From Sminthopsis crassicaudata (lineage: Eukaryota): 64,000 bases of DNA. The notes below the pieces were generated by a model, which was not told where the DNA came from, searched no databases, and saw only the letters and a program-made list of their open reading frames with translations. Shown here piece after piece: positions 1 to 13,299 of this stretch; positions within the stretch are counted from its first letter, which is position 1, and the number at the start of each line of letters is the position of its first letter. The stretch covers positions 148,579,162 through 148,643,161 of the forward strand of contig NC_133618.1 in the NCBI RefSeq assembly GCF_048593235.1, given 5' to 3'. A program made the position numbers and the translations under genes.

Positions 1-175
1 GCTGATTGACCATGTATATAGATTTATATCCCCTTTACTTACTATATTCTTGGTTCTGTAGTCATTTCTTAATAAATGCTTATTACTACTTGATATGCTT
101 GTCCAATTAAATTGAATTGGAGTTGCAGAAAGGCTCTATTTCCCTCAATTCTGCCTTAACCATCAGTTCTTATTA

Positions 176-285
176 TCATGAAGAGAAGGAAGAAGAAAGG
201 AAGGAAGGGAGGGAGGGAGGAAGAAAGGGAGAGAGGGGGGAAGGGAGAGAGGGAGAAAGAGGGAGGGATGAAGGGAGGGAAAGAT
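176..285. repeat. GA-rich purine simple repeat running into a gap
   Basis: gaaggaagggagggagggaggaagaaagggagag... Confidence 0.9.
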
Positions 286-665
286 NNNNNNNNNNNNNNN
301 NNNNNNNNNNNNNNNNNNNNNNNNNNNNNNNNNNNNNNNNNNNNNNNNNNNNNNNNNNNNNNNNNNNNNNNNNNNNNNNNNNNNNNNNNNNNNNNNNNNN
401 NNNNNNNNNNNNNNNNNNNNNNNNNNNNNNNNNNNNNNNNNNNNNNNNNAAAGATGAAGAGAGNNNNNNNNNNNNNNNNNNNNNNNNNNNNNNNNNNNNN
501 NNNNNNNNNNNNNNNNNNNNNNNNNNNNNNNNNNNNNNNNNNNNNNNNNNNNNNNNNNNNNNNNNNNNNNNNNNNNNNNNNNNNNNNNNNNNNNNNNNNN
601 NNNNNNNNNNNNNNNNNNNNNNNNNNNNNNNNNNNNNNNNNNNNNNNNNNNNNNNNNNNNNNNNN
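286..665. other. Assembly gaps 286-449 and 464-665
   Basis: N runs. Confidence 1.
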
Positions 666-2289
666 CTAGAGATTGCCAAGCTCCATGGCCCACTTACTTC
701 AAGCAAAACTGGATGCAGCTCAAGTCTGTGGCAAGAAAGAAACACTATCCCCCTAAAGCTTTCAGGCACAGGATTTGACCTGGTTCATGCTTTATAAGGA
801 CATTGCCCTGGTCATAGTGGTAGCCAGCTGGCACCTAGGAGATGTAATTATAGACAATGAACTGAGTCTTTAACAGACCTTCAGAACCAATCAGAAAAAC
901 AATAACAGAAACTAGTGCTGCTATAATACTTTAAAGATTGCAAAGCAATTTATAGTCATTATATCAGTTTAGCTTTCTACAGATGTAATCGTCCCCATTT
1001 TACAAATGAAGAAACTGGAGGTCAAAGTGTTTATAAGGCTTTTAAGCCTTTAAAACCTTATCAATGGGCACTCAGGACTTCCTGACCAAGGAAGCTCAGT
1101 TCTCTAAGTCAAGCTGCCTTTCATCCCAGGTCACATTATTTCCCATCATTTTGATTCCTTTTCTTCTATGATGTGGTTGTAGATTTCCCTCAGAAGACAG
1201 CATACTGGCACAAGGACGGTTGCCCCAGCTACAAACACTGTTGGAACTTGTTTGGGGAACTGCTTTCAGAACCCAAAGAACACTCTTTTGTATTCTCAAC
1301 AGTGGCCAAGCCTCATCCTTGGCTGGTGGAACCAACCCAAGAGTCATCCGGAGCCAAGTCTGGTGAATAAGGAGGGTGACTATAGAACAGATCATGTGGT
1401 GGATTCTCCTGTCTGGGAGAGGCTGATGATCTCAGCAAGTCCTTAGCCAGGGGGATTCTCCCTCCATCTGATGGCGGAGGTGAAGTTGTTCACATCTGCT
1501 GGAGATGGTGGGGCTTTACCTGTCTAATATTCTAAAGGATAAGGTGATTTTCTCCTGTGAAAGCTTCAATTCTTGTATGCTTAGAGAGCCATCATATGTA
1601 GAAAGAAAAATCATGGGACTTCTGTTACATTAAGCTAGATTTAGTCAACTCTTTTTCTGAACCTCAGTAAAATGAGTTTGGTGATGTGACATTACCAGAT
1701 TTACAGGGCTGTAAGGAAGGGGTTTTGTAAGCCTAAAAAAAAAAAAAAAAAAAAAAAAAGTAGTCCGTGCTAGGCAGAATTTTTACATGTGCCTTCTAGT
1801 TCCTGCGCCCTATTGTGACATTTCTGAACATTTGTTCCTCTTTTGCCTAGAGCCAATGGAGTTAGTGTGCAAAATGAGACATACATTCTTTGGAACTGCC
1901 AATGTGGGAATTTGTTTTTGCTGGCTTGTGCATATTTGTCATGAGGATTTTGTCTTTCCCAATGACTAGCTGAACTCTGGCTCCTTTCTAGCTCTAAATC
2001 CTATAATCCCACAAACTCTGGCGTTCCAGTCCACAAAAAGGTAACGAGGCTATCCAATAGAAGAGGATGGATGGTCTTTTGAAACACTCTCATTGTTAAG
2101 AAGTCTTTCTTGATGTCAAGCCAAGACTGGTTTCATTGCATCTTCTTCCTATTACTTGTGATCCTGCCTTCTAGGGTCAAATAGAATAAATCCAATCCCT
2201 TCTTTAGGATATCGATCAAGGATATATCCTGGTCCCTTTTGACATTTCATTTTGCTCTCTTTAAATGATAGTTTCTAATAATTTTATAA

Positions 2290-2480
2290 GTTTCAAAGAT
2301 TTTTTCAAAGATCATTCATATCTCTTCTTTCTTGTGATCCTCACAACACCTTTATAAGGAGGGAAGATAGGCAGATGTTATTATCTGAATTTTACAGATG
2401 AGGAAACTGAGGCTCAGAGAGACAATGTAACATTGACCAAGGTTATACGTGGTAGCTCAGTGGCAGGGCTGGAACCAAAA
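2290..2480 (-). mobile_element. MIR SINE (one representative of many copies, e.g. also about 5450-5680, 21400-21560, 28870-29040, 43270-43490)
   Basis: CORE motif attttacagatgaggaaactgaggctcagaga. Confidence 0.75.
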
Positions 2481-2816
2481 CTCTGGGCTTTTGTTCTACA
2501 CAGAAAACTATCGAAAAATCTGTGAATTCCTAGGAGAACAGTATGGGAGGAATAACCCTTTCTCAACTGTTTTAGTTCTTTAGCAATTATTTTACCATAG
2601 TGCCTTTACTTGTCACATTTTCTGCACCAAATTTTATTTTATCTTATTTTATTTTTAAAATTTTATTTTAAAAAACATATGCACGGATAATTTTTGCACC
2701 AAATTTTAGAGAAGCAGTTTTTGAGACTCAATTTAGAGTCACACTAGCAAAACTGGGATTCAGAGTCAGATACTTAGTTCAGAAATTCCCAGGGCAAATT
2801 CTAGGCTGGGATTCGT

Positions 2817-2822
<6 letters not shown>

Positions 2823-2865
<43 letters not shown>

Positions 2866-2903
2866 GCACGCACGCACAGGCACATGCACAAGCACACGCA
2901 CAC
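2823..2903. repeat. Compound microsatellite (CA)19-(CGCA)4-degenerate CA
   Basis: Seen directly. Confidence 0.95.
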
Positions 2904-3580
2904 ATTAAATATGTGTACATAAATGTATTTTTTGGTAACTGCATTTTTATACAAGTGGTTTCCTTTGCACACCTATGGATTTTATTATGTGCATTTAAAA
3001 CATTATTCTGAAAAGAGGCAGCCTTTATCAGACTGCCAAAAGGGTCTATTGCACAAACTAAGTTAATAAGCCTCTAAGCTGTTTCAGGATCAAAAGGACA
3101 CAAGGTGTTATAGTCAAGAAAGGAAGAGAAGAGTCAAGAGCCAGGTCTTCTCTGGGAAGAAAGGCTTGGCCCCTTGAGAGAGAATCTGAAGGATGAACTG
3201 GAGGTAGATAATGATTATAGAGGTGTCAGATATAATACATTGGCCAACTCTCTGAGGAGGTCAGCACCAAATTAAGCTTAACAGGGAAATGTTTAACAAA
3301 ATAAATAAAAGCACAATAGGACATAGGTAATGTTAATTCTGTGGTTTTCTAAATCAATATGCAGCCTGCAGGGAACAGTTTCTGTTTGAATTCAATAGCA
3401 TTTCTTTAAGAGAAAGTAAAGGTTAGAGAGCATTAGAGAAGACTGGGGGGGGGGGAGGTCATTGATCATGACTTTTTTTTCATGAAGACTTGTAAAACAT
3501 TTTTCCATATTGGCCACGTTGCAAAAACACAGATTTAAAAAAAAAAAAAAGGAAAAATAAAAAGTTTAAAATATCCTTTG

Positions 3581-3634
3581 AAAGTCACTTAACCCCAATT
3601 GCCAAAGCCAAAAAAAAAAAAAAAAAAAAAAAAA
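3581..3634 (+). mobile_element. 5'-truncated SINE 3' end with long poly(A)
   Basis: aagtcacttaaccccaattgcc matches the 3' end of the 23736 SINE, then an A-run of about 25; flanked by tatcctttg/tatactttg. Confidence 0.6.
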
Positions 3635-3644
3635 GTATACTTTG

Positions 3645-4400
3645 AGGCTATCAAACTGTGCATATCCTTTGATCCAGCAGTGTTACTGCTGGGCTTATAT
3701 CCCAAAGATATTTTAAAGGAGGGAAAGGGACCCACATGTGCAAAAATGTTTGTGGCAGCCCTTTTTGTAGTGGCTGGAAACTGGAAATCGAATGAATGCC
3801 CATCAATTGGAGAATGGCTGAATAAATTATGACATATGAATATTATGGAATATTATTGTTCTGTAAGAAATGACCAGCAGGATGATTTCAGAGAGGGGGA
3901 GACTTACATGAACTGATGCTAAATAAAATGAGCAGAACTAGGAGATCATTGTACATGATAACAATAAGATTATACAACGATCAATCCTGATGGACATGGT
4001 TCTTTTCAACAATGAGATGAGTCAAGCCTGTTCCAATGGTTTTGTAATGGAGAAAGCTATCTACACCCAGAGAGAGAACGCTGGGAACTGAGTATGGATC
4101 ACAACATAGCATTTTCACATTTTGTTGTTTGCTTGAATTTTGTTTTTTCGTTTTTCCCTTTTTGATCTGATTTTTCTTTGCAGCATAATAAATATGGAAA
4201 TATATATAAAAGAACTGCACATGTTTAACATATATTGAGTTACTTGTCTAAGAGAGGATGTAGAGGGAAGGGAGGGGCAAAAATTGGAACATAAGATTTT
4301 GCAAGGGTAAATGTTGAAATTTATCTATGCATACGTTTTGAAAATAAAAAAATTTTAATATAAAAACAAAAAAGGAAAAAATAAATAAAGTTTGTAAAAC
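3645..4400 (+). mobile_element. 5'-truncated marsupial L1 (ORF2 C-terminus relic and 3'UTR)
   Basis: Frame CISFDPAVLLLGLYPKDILKEGKGPTCAKMFVAALFVVAGNWKSNECPSIGEWLNKL* resembles the L1 ORF2 C-terminus; A-rich 3' end. Confidence 0.9.
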
Positions 4401-6141
4401 AGTTTTTTTTTTTAAAGTATTCTTTGATCTGCATTCAGACCCCATCAGTTCTTTATCTGGAGGTGGATAGAATTTTTCATCATGAATCCTTTGGGATTGT
4501 CTTGGATTACTATATTGTTGAGAAGAGCTAAATCATTCACAGTTGATTATTGCCCACTGTTGCTGCTATAGTGTCCAATGTTCTCCTGATTCTGCTCATT
4601 TCATCTTATATCATCAAATCATGTAAGTCTCAAACCATCTTTCTCATTCTTTCTATAGCACCATAGTATTCTATCACAATTATATACTACAGCTTTTTTA
4701 GTCACTTCCCAATTTGTGGGTGTCCCTTCTATATCCAATTCTTTGCTATAAAAAAGAGATGCTATAAATATTTTTGTTCATGTGGGTCATTTTCCTTTTT
4801 TATGATTTTTTTTGGGATATAGGCCCAGTAGAGACACTGCTGGATCAAAGAATATGCACAGTTTTATAGCCCTTTGGTATTAGTTCAAAATTGTTCTCCA
4901 GAATGCCTCATTAGTTTAAAACTTCACCAACAATGCATTAGTGTTCCAATTTTCCCACATCTTCTCCAACATTTATCATTTTCCTTTTCTGTCATATTAA
5001 CCAATATGATAGGTGTGAGTTATTTTCATTTGCATTTCTTTAATAAGTAGTGTTTTAGAGCAATTTTCATAGATTGCTTTGATTTTTTTCTGAAAACTTC
5101 CTGTTTACATTGACCATTTGTCAATTAGGAAAATGACTTGTATCCTTATAAATTTGACTCATTTCTCTATCTATTTAAAGAATGGCGTATTTATCAGAGA
5201 AACTTGCTGTACAAATTTCCCCCTCAGTTTCCTGCTTTCCTTCTAAACTTAACTACATTTGTTTTGTTTGTGTGAAATCTTTTTTTTTAACTTAATGTAA
5301 TCAAAATTATCCATTTTGCATCCCACATTGCTCTCAATCTCTTCATGATTCTTCCCTAATCCATAGATCTGACAGGTAAAATTTTCCATGCTCTCCAAAT
5401 TTGTTTGTGGTATCACCCTTCATGTCCAAATCAAGTCACAACTTATATCTTCATAGTGCTTTAAGGTTTACAAAGTGCTTCCCCTCATCACACCCCAGGG
5501 ATGTAGGACTAATGGAAGTATAATTTCTACTTTTGCAGATGAGAAAATTGAAGGTCTGAGAAATCAATGATTTAGCTCAGTGCCCGGCACCTAGTAAGTG
5601 CTTAATAAATGTTGATTGTTGAGTGATTTAGTGATAATAACACAGCTGGGACAGAATTCGAACCCAGGTTTCCTGATTCCTAGATTTTCACTGTCGGGTT
5701 GTTTCTCTCATAGAAAGCTGGAGACAGTGAGAGGGCATGGCTTCTCTAAACATAAATGTTAAGAGTCCTGTAACACCAGCCCACTAGACAGGATTCCCGA
5801 GGGTTTATGTCACTGTGGCTCCCTTTCTTTACCATCTGGGAAAGTGCTAACAATTTAGGTACTTAACAAGATGCCCTGAGCCAAAGTCCGGCAGCCCTGG
5901 AGAAAGCACTCTTGCATAAAGATCAGTTGATTGGTATAAGGGCTTAGGCAATCCTGGCTGAGTGTCTGGAAAAGGAAAGAGGCAGAGAGAAGATGGAGAA
6001 ATCAGTGAGTTTTCACAGTTAGGCATCAAAGCCTGAGCCTGGAGGTCATTAGAGGAGACTAAGAGAACTGGGCTAGAGAAAGGAGGTGAGAGAACAAAGC
6101 TGAGACTTAATGCATCAGCTTCTCTCTGGGCACTGGGGCTT

Positions 6142-6267
6142 TGAGGTGACAGCGACCTCAGAGCTCTGAGCTCCGCCTAACCGAACAGAGCTGAGTGATG
6201 TCTCCTTGAACAGGTGCATCTGTCAGCTGTGATCAGCCCACGTCGCTGAATACTGAGCAGCCACATG
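6142..6267. promoter_or_regulatory. Candidate intronic enhancer with an E-box cluster
   Basis: CAGGTG 6211, CATCTG 6217, CAGCTG 6224, CACATG 6262; several retained CpGs. Confidence 0.3.
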
Positions 6268-9200
6268 ATGGTGGAGGGAACAAAAGGGAAGGGGGAGGTG
6301 CAAGGATGGAGGAAAAGAGAGACACAGAAATGAGCCAGAGAAAAGGAGAGGGGCTGGCTGCAGGTGGCACCCAAATAAGGTGAAATGAGTCCCTTCATGG
6401 GCTACTGAAGGAAAGGAGAGAGGCGGTGGTCTGGACCAAAGTGCCCTGGTTTTCCTGGGACTGCCTGGATCCTGCATTCTGCCTCCCTCTTACTGATCTA
6501 TCTGGGCTCACTGTCTCCTACACTAGCCTACCTGAACTGCAACATTGGGGCAATAATTTTGTAAGAAGAGGGTCCCAAAATTAGTAAAAGTCTCACAAAA
6601 ACTTAGCCACAGGCTGTGGGGTGGTGAACTTCCAATGAAGGTTCCCTGGGAGGATGCAATGGAAAGAATTTTGGATTTCAAGTCAAAAGGCTGGGATTCA
6701 GATCCCAGTTTGATACTCGCTACCCGGGTAACCTCGGTTCCATTATTCTACTTGTCTGGACCTCAGTTTCTTCATCTGTAAAAATAAAGGGTTGCATTAG
6801 AAAACCACTCAAGTCCCTCAAGTTCTAACTCTGTGGTCCTATGGAGGGCACGGTGTTCCCCAATGCTCCACTGTCATTTCGCCCTGTGAACCAGCTTCCC
6901 TTTTCTGTCTTCCCTCCATCTAGCATCTTGTCTCTTTATGCTGGAACAGCTGTCCTTGGGCAGACAGACTCTCTGCCCTTTCTGTCTGCCCTATCTCCTC
7001 TCTCCCTCAGTCTCACACAGTGAATGTCTCATCGCCTTCTCCCTGGAGCCCTTTTCCTTGTCTCCCTCTGATAAACAGGCTGTCCTTGAGACAGATGGGT
7101 TGTGGGAAGCTGTGTGAGCAGATCCCTAGAGGGAGGCAGCTGGGGGGTGCTGATCAGCTCAGTGACCTGGGTTGACCTCTAAGTCCTTCTGTTCTTGGCT
7201 AGATGCCCCTCAGACTGTATGTCCCAGGCATTTTGATAGCTCCCGGTGGAAGAATCTTGCAAAGCTTCATGCTAGTGGAGAGCCATAGGGTACTGCGGGC
7301 AGAGTGCTAGACTAGAGGCAAGACTCTTAGGTCCTAATCTTGTCTCTGCCCCAGCTCTGAAGCCTTATGCTTTATAATCCCACCTCTCTGGCTCTTACTT
7401 TTCTCACTGCAAAAGAAGAGGGTCAGACTAGATGCTCTTTAAATTTCCTCTCAGATTTATGATCTAGGCCAATCAGAAATGTCTCCTCTTAAACTGATTA
7501 ATTTTGGATGCGTCCTTTGAGGATGTGACATTGACCTTTAGGATAGACCTAGAGCCCTTTCTGAAAAGTGGAGGTAGAGAGGAAGCTAAGATGAGTGTGA
7601 CATTGCTTGAGGAGCCCAAAGGTTAACCTGCCCACAAATCTTTCTCCAGTGGGCTGTCCTAGTTCCTTCTTTGGATTCAAAGCACTGAAGAGTCTCAGTT
7701 CCCTCTCCCTTCTTCCTCTCCATTAGTTACTTCTTTGGCTTCAATGCATTGAAGGGTTCCCTTAAGTTGCAACTCCCCCATATCCAACACAGCTCATCAA
7801 CAGACATTAACACCTGAGCAGGAATTAGGTTATCCTGAATGAGTAAAGAGTAGGAACTTTGAGAGGAAGTTCACAGGACAGGTAAGTTTTATGAAACAAG
7901 ATCACAGACATCACAGCTGGGAGGAATCTTGTCTAATCTTAGATGAAAATACTGAGGCTAGAAAGGGAAAGTATTGAAGCTGCTAGTGGCTAAGCCCAAT
8001 GTCAAGTCCTGATGTCCTATGTTTTCCATTGGAGCACTCCTAGGGAAAGGAGGGAAAGCAAAAAAAAGGTGTGTCCTGGGCCACCTGAAGGGACATATGC
8101 CTCCTGAAAGACAGAGGGGCTGAAAACAAGCTCCTAGTTTGTCAGCGGTCAGCTATTTGTGGGTCTGTCTGTGTGTGTGTATTGGGGAGGGGGGTGTTGA
8201 TGAAGTACTGAGGCTCTAAAAAGCTTCTTGTCCTAAATCCCCAAGTCCCACACATTGCAGACGCCCACGACTACTTCCTGCCATCTGTCCCAAATAATGG
8301 AAATAGACAGTGAAGAGTGAGGGTGGGTGGGTGTGTGTATCTGGGGGGGGGGGGGAAGAGGAGGGTATCTTTACAGCTAACAGAATGTTGCTTACCTCCC
8401 CAATCCCAGCACAGACACCTGCTGCTCAGGACAAGGAGAGACCCCAGCTAGGAGTCAGTATTAGGGGTAACTAGGCTAAATTGCCCAATGTGTACCCAGT
8501 GTGCAGGGTAGTGTGATGCTGGCTGCTTCATTATGTCACTTTTCACAAATACCCACATTATGAACAACAACAACAAAAACTCCATACTTTGTGACACACT
8601 TTAGGATCCTAAGGTGTAGTCCTAGCAGAGATTTTAGAATTCAATTAGTCTGGACCCCTCATTTAACATATGAAGAAACCGAGGAACAGAGAAATCAAGG
8701 GCAAAGTCACTTAGATAAGGAGCAGAAAGGATTTGAATCCAGACACCTGGCTCCATACCCATTGCTCATTCAAATTCTACTTATGTCACAGCATCTTGGG
8801 ACATGTTGAGGATGTCAAAGTGAAGACTCAGAACCTCCCATCAAAGGATCAACAAGCATTTTTAGTAAGTATCTATTATGTGCTGGATACTATACTAAGT
8901 GCTTGTTACATAAAGACAAAAAATGAAACTGTTACTGCCCTTAACAACATTAGGTCTCATTTACATAATGCTTTAGTGTTTAGTGCACTTTACTTATAAT
9001 AATAACTCCCATTTAAATAGTGTTTTAATGTTTGGGAAAGAGGTTTACACTTTTATGTAATATACATTATTTGATGTTATGCCAGGAAGTCATGATATTA
9101 TGAGTAAGATGCTATTATTATTATTGGAGAAAACTTAGGGGACAGAGATCTAAGAAGAGTCATCATTGACATAAAATGAATAAGGTTTTGATCCCCTGTA

Positions 9201-10399
9201 CCAACTTCTTCTGTGTGTAGTAAAGGGGGAGAAGGAGATTATTCCTCTCTGGAAGGTGGGACATACTTCCCCATGATGACCTCCACTGCAACACATTACT
9301 TATGGCCCTCCACTGGCTCACCCAGTCATGTGGGGTAGCTATCTCCAGGATCCCATCATTTGGCATCCCTTTCTTGATCTACCTTCTCCCAACCTCTATA
9401 GGGGTGATAATTTTATTCTCAAGTGGCCCCTCTGCTGATGATTATGCCTGTGATTAGCCTGGACTTTTGGTATTTCACCCTACCCCCTTCAAAATTGTTT
9501 TTGCTCCTATCAGGACAACAAAAGTCCTAAAGTTGTAGTTACAAAGTGGAAAGGGTAGGAGCATCCAGGAAATTAGTATGAATCAGTGGTAGAGAGCTAG
9601 GGAGGCAGCTCAGATAGCATAGTGGATACAGTGTTGGGTCTGGAGTCAAGGAGACTCATCTTCCTGAGCTCAAATCTGGTCCCAGACACTTTCCTTTATG
9701 CTGAATGGAAAGACATTTAATAATAACAAGGCACATTTAAACATTTCTTTAAAATTTACAGCATACTTTCCTCACAACAGCCCTCTAAGTTGGTTAATAC
9801 ATTTTACAGGAATGGAAAGGGAGGCAAAGAGAGGTTCAGTGGCTATATTTGAACTCGGGTCTTCCAGACTCCGGATTCAGTGGCCTATTGCACTATCCCA
9901 GTAGCTTAGCTCCCTGGGTCAGCTACCAGCTTCATTCTAATTCTCACCCTGGTACTGAGGAAAGACAGGGTTATCTGCCTTATCAAAGATCCAGAGACAT
10001 GCCCTAAAATTTCTATTTTCTCTTAATAGAGCTCTGTTGTCCATGAACTCAATTCAATCAAAAAAAATTTTAGTTAAACAGTTACAGAAGACCTAGCATC
10101 ATACTTGGGTTACAAAGAAAAATCTAAGTCCTTTGAAAAGAGTTTATATTCTTTCAGGGTGGGGTGTACAACATGTGCCAAGATAAATATAGAACAAGTC
10201 ATTGGGAGAGGTAAAGAGCCCTCAAAATGGGGGGACAAAAGTGTCAGGAGAAAGCCTTCTGAAGGAAGTGGCACCTGAGCTATGATTTGAGGGGAGATTC
10301 TAAGAGATGGAGATGAGGAGGAAATGTCATCCAAATATAGAGAACAGTCTCTAAAATGGCACTTGGAAGAATAAAGTGCTGGGACATTTAATATTTTGG

Positions 10400-10880
10400 A
10401 AACTTTTAAAAAATATATGTTATCTTTATTATAACACATTTTCTACATAAATTCCTATTCTCCCATCCCCTCAAAAAAAAAAATCAAATTCCAATTCAGA
10501 AATAGTGTCCATCTTTGTTAGACACATTTGGCTTCTTCAGTGATGCATCTGGATTCAATATTGATCACTGAGTTTATTCTGAGTCATTTGTCTTTTTTTG
10601 TTTGTTTTTAAAAATATTGTTGCTGAGTCTATTTACTATACCCTGAGTCAGTTCATTCAAATCTTCCTATATTTTGGTGATCTTATACTTATTTTTTTAA
10701 AGCACAATAATTTTCCATTACATTCATATACCACAATTTGTTCAACCACTCCTCCCTCAATAGCATTCACTTTGCTTCCAGTTTTCCTGCTGCAAATAGC
10801 TACCATGAATATTTTGGTAAATATGGGTTTGGTTTTTTACTTCTTTATAGGTACATAGTTGGATCAAAGAAAATGAATTA
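10400..10880 (-). mobile_element. Degraded L1 fragment
   Basis: Antisense L1 3' motifs similar to 4414-5420. Confidence 0.55.
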
Positions 10881-11144
10881 CTTAGTGTAGCACACACACC
10901 TTCCCCTCAGGCTCCTCTCACAATGGGTTCTAACATTCCTGGTGATTACTACCATGTTTTAAGGAGTACTAACCTCTAAAGCTGTGATTCATGAGCCCCC
11001 ACTGATATGGTTCTCATTAGCCGCCACTAGTTCTTAGCAGAAGCATTTATTAAGATAACATAGAAAGAAAAATGCATACAAAATCTCCCTATGAAACTTT
11101 ATTCTCCACACATTCACAATATCTTTCCATTGAAAGAGCAGGCA

Positions 11145-11757
11145 CAAAAAAATGTTTGTGGCAGCCCTTTTTGTAGTGACAAGAAACTGGAAACTGACTG
11201 AATGCCCATCAGTTGGAGAATGGTTGAGTAAGTTATGTATATGAATGTTATGGAATATTATTGTTCTGTAAAAAACAACCAGCAGGATAATTTCAGAGAC
11301 CTGAAGAGACTTATATGAACTGATGTTAAGTGAAGTGAGAGGAGAACATTGTACACAGCGACAAGATTATACAATGATCAATTCTGATGGACATGGCTCT
11401 CTTCAACAATGAGATGATTCAAACCAGTTTCAATTGTTCAGTGATGAAGAGAGCTATCTGCACCCAGAGAGAGGATTGTGGGAACTGAGTGTGGATCACA
11501 ATATAGCATTTTCACTCTTTTTGTTGGCATTTTATTTTGCTTCTCGCTCTTTTTTTAACTGGTTTGATTTGATTTTTCTGGTGCAACATGATAATGTATA
11601 AATATCTATGCATATATTGGATTTAACATATATTTCCACCACATTTAACATATATTGGACTACTTGCCATCTAGGGGAGGGCATGGAGGAAGGGGAGGGG
11701 GAGTTGGAACACAAAATTTGCAAGAGCTAATGATGAAGAATTGTCCACACATGTTTT
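11145..11757 (+). mobile_element. L1 3' end running into an assembly gap
   Basis: Highly similar to 3740-4340 (aaaatgtttgtggcagccctttttgtag...). Confidence 0.88.
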
Positions 11758-12719
11758 NNNNNNNNNNNNNNNNNNNNNNNNNNNNNNNNNNNNNNNNNNN
11801 NNNNNNNNNNNNNNNNNNNNNNNNNNNNNNNNNNNNNNNNNNNNNNNNNNNNNNNNNNNNNNNNNNNNNNNNNNNNNNNNNNNNNNNNNNNNNNNNNNNN
11901 NNNNNNNNNNNNNNNNNNNNNNNNNNNNNNNNNNNNNNNNNNNNNNNNNNNNNNNNNNNNNNNNNNNNNNNNNNNNNNNNNNNNNNNNNNNNNNNNNNNN
12001 NNNNNNNNNNNNNNNNNNNNNNNNNNNNNNNNNNNNNNNNNNNNNNNNNNNNNNNNNNNNNNNNNNNNNNNNNNNNNNNNNNNNNNNNNNNNNNNNNNNN
12101 NNNNNNNNNNNNNNNNNNNNNNNNNNNNNNNNNNNNNNNNNNNNNNNNNNNNNNNNNNNNNNNNNNNNNNNNNNNNNNNNNNNNNNNNNNNNNNNNNNNN
12201 NNNNNNNNNNNNNNNNNNNNNNNNNNNNNNNNNNNNNNNNNNNNNNNNNNNNNNNNNNNNNNNNNNNNNNNNNNNNNNNNNNNNNNNNNNNNNNNNNNNN
12301 NNNNNNNNNNNNNNNNNNNNNNNNNNNNNNNNNNNNNNNNNNNNNNNNNNNNNNNNNNNNNNNNNNNNNNNNNNNNNNNNNNNNNNNNNNNNNNNNNNNN
12401 NNNNNNNNNNNNNNNNNNNNNNNNNNNNNNNNNNNNNNNNNNNNNNNNNNNNNNNNNNNNNNNNNNNNNNNNNNNNNNNNNNNNNNNNNNNNNNNNNNNN
12501 NNNNNNNNNNNNNNNNNNNNNNNNNNNNNNNNNNNNNNNNNNNNNNNNNNNNNNNNNNNNNNNNNNNNNNNNNNNNNNNNNNNNNNNNNNNNNNNNNNNN
12601 NNNNNNNNNNNNNNNNNNNNNNNNNNNNNNNNNNNNNNNNNNNNNNNNNNNNNNNNNNNNNNNNNNNNNNNNNNNNNNNNNNNNNNNNNNNNNNNNNNNN
12701 NNNNNNNNNNNNNNNNNNN
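11758..12719. other. Assembly gap (962 N)
   Basis: N run. Confidence 1.
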
Positions 12720-13299
12720 GAGGCACACATGTCTGAAATTACAAAGGCAATGGACCATTTCAGAACTTCCAGTGTTAGCTATTTTTTTTTTTTTTTGTCT
12801 TTGTGCAATCTCCTCTATGACCTAGTTCCAATTGACAAAATTGGTTCTCTTTGTCTTTCTTTTCTCCAGATACAGAGTTATGCTCCTTGAATTTTCTTCT
12901 TTCTCTGGATGACTATATGTGTCTCTGATCCCTCAACTGAGTCTTGAATTTAGGCAAACTTAGTCTGCACATACTAGGTGGGGAACCTCTTTCTGGGTGA
13001 GTACATATATTGCTTTGTGGTTTGCCTAATAGGGTGGAAGAAAAAACACCCTCCCTTACCAGCAGTAACACTCTATAACTGCCATAAGCTTTGGCAGTCT
13101 GCACCAACTTATAGGTTACTCTTTAAAGGTCACCCCGAGTTTATCTGTCCATTTTAATCTGTCAATGAGATTGACCCATCTGATTCCCTCAGAAAAAGTT
13201 GATCACATCTCATAAAGGGATTAGATTCATCTTTTCCATTCCCTTAACACCTCATTAACACCTTGTGATTACATTCTGAGTTTCCTGGGTAGATAAAAG

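Larger units (their letters stand above)
3470..5420 (-). mobile_element. Older antisense L1 3' fragment, interrupted at 3581-4413 by the SINE and L1 above
   Basis: Reverse-complement similarity to L1 3' sequence; continuity restored across the insertion (...tttg|atctgcattcagac). Confidence 0.7.

Noticed and set aside
450-463. 14-bp island between two gaps
   Set aside because: Assembly or quality-masking residue within a GA-rich repeat.
698-725. Possible 28-nt micro-exon (ccacag|...gaa|gtaagt) on the minus strand
   Set aside because: Not a multiple of 3, no homology, and such site pairs are common by chance.
117-797. Long ORFs in the track here and at 11655-12890, 22972-23211, 25218-25888 and 39288-39636
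   Set aside because: They are open only because they cross N-gaps and simple repeats.
3599-3832. 77-aa ORF with L1 ORF2 similarity; also 39831-40022 and 38701-38970
   Set aside because: Truncated L1 relics with stops, not functional genes.
5833-5965. Exon-like segment (good acceptor and donor, 133 nt) considered as KCNIP3 exon 2
   Set aside because: All three frames contain stops and there is no similarity to the exon 2 peptide.
8390-8430. Strong donor GAG|GTAAGC with nearby AG acceptors
   Set aside because: No frame-preserving exon or start codon. It shows that strong donors occur by chance in this intron.
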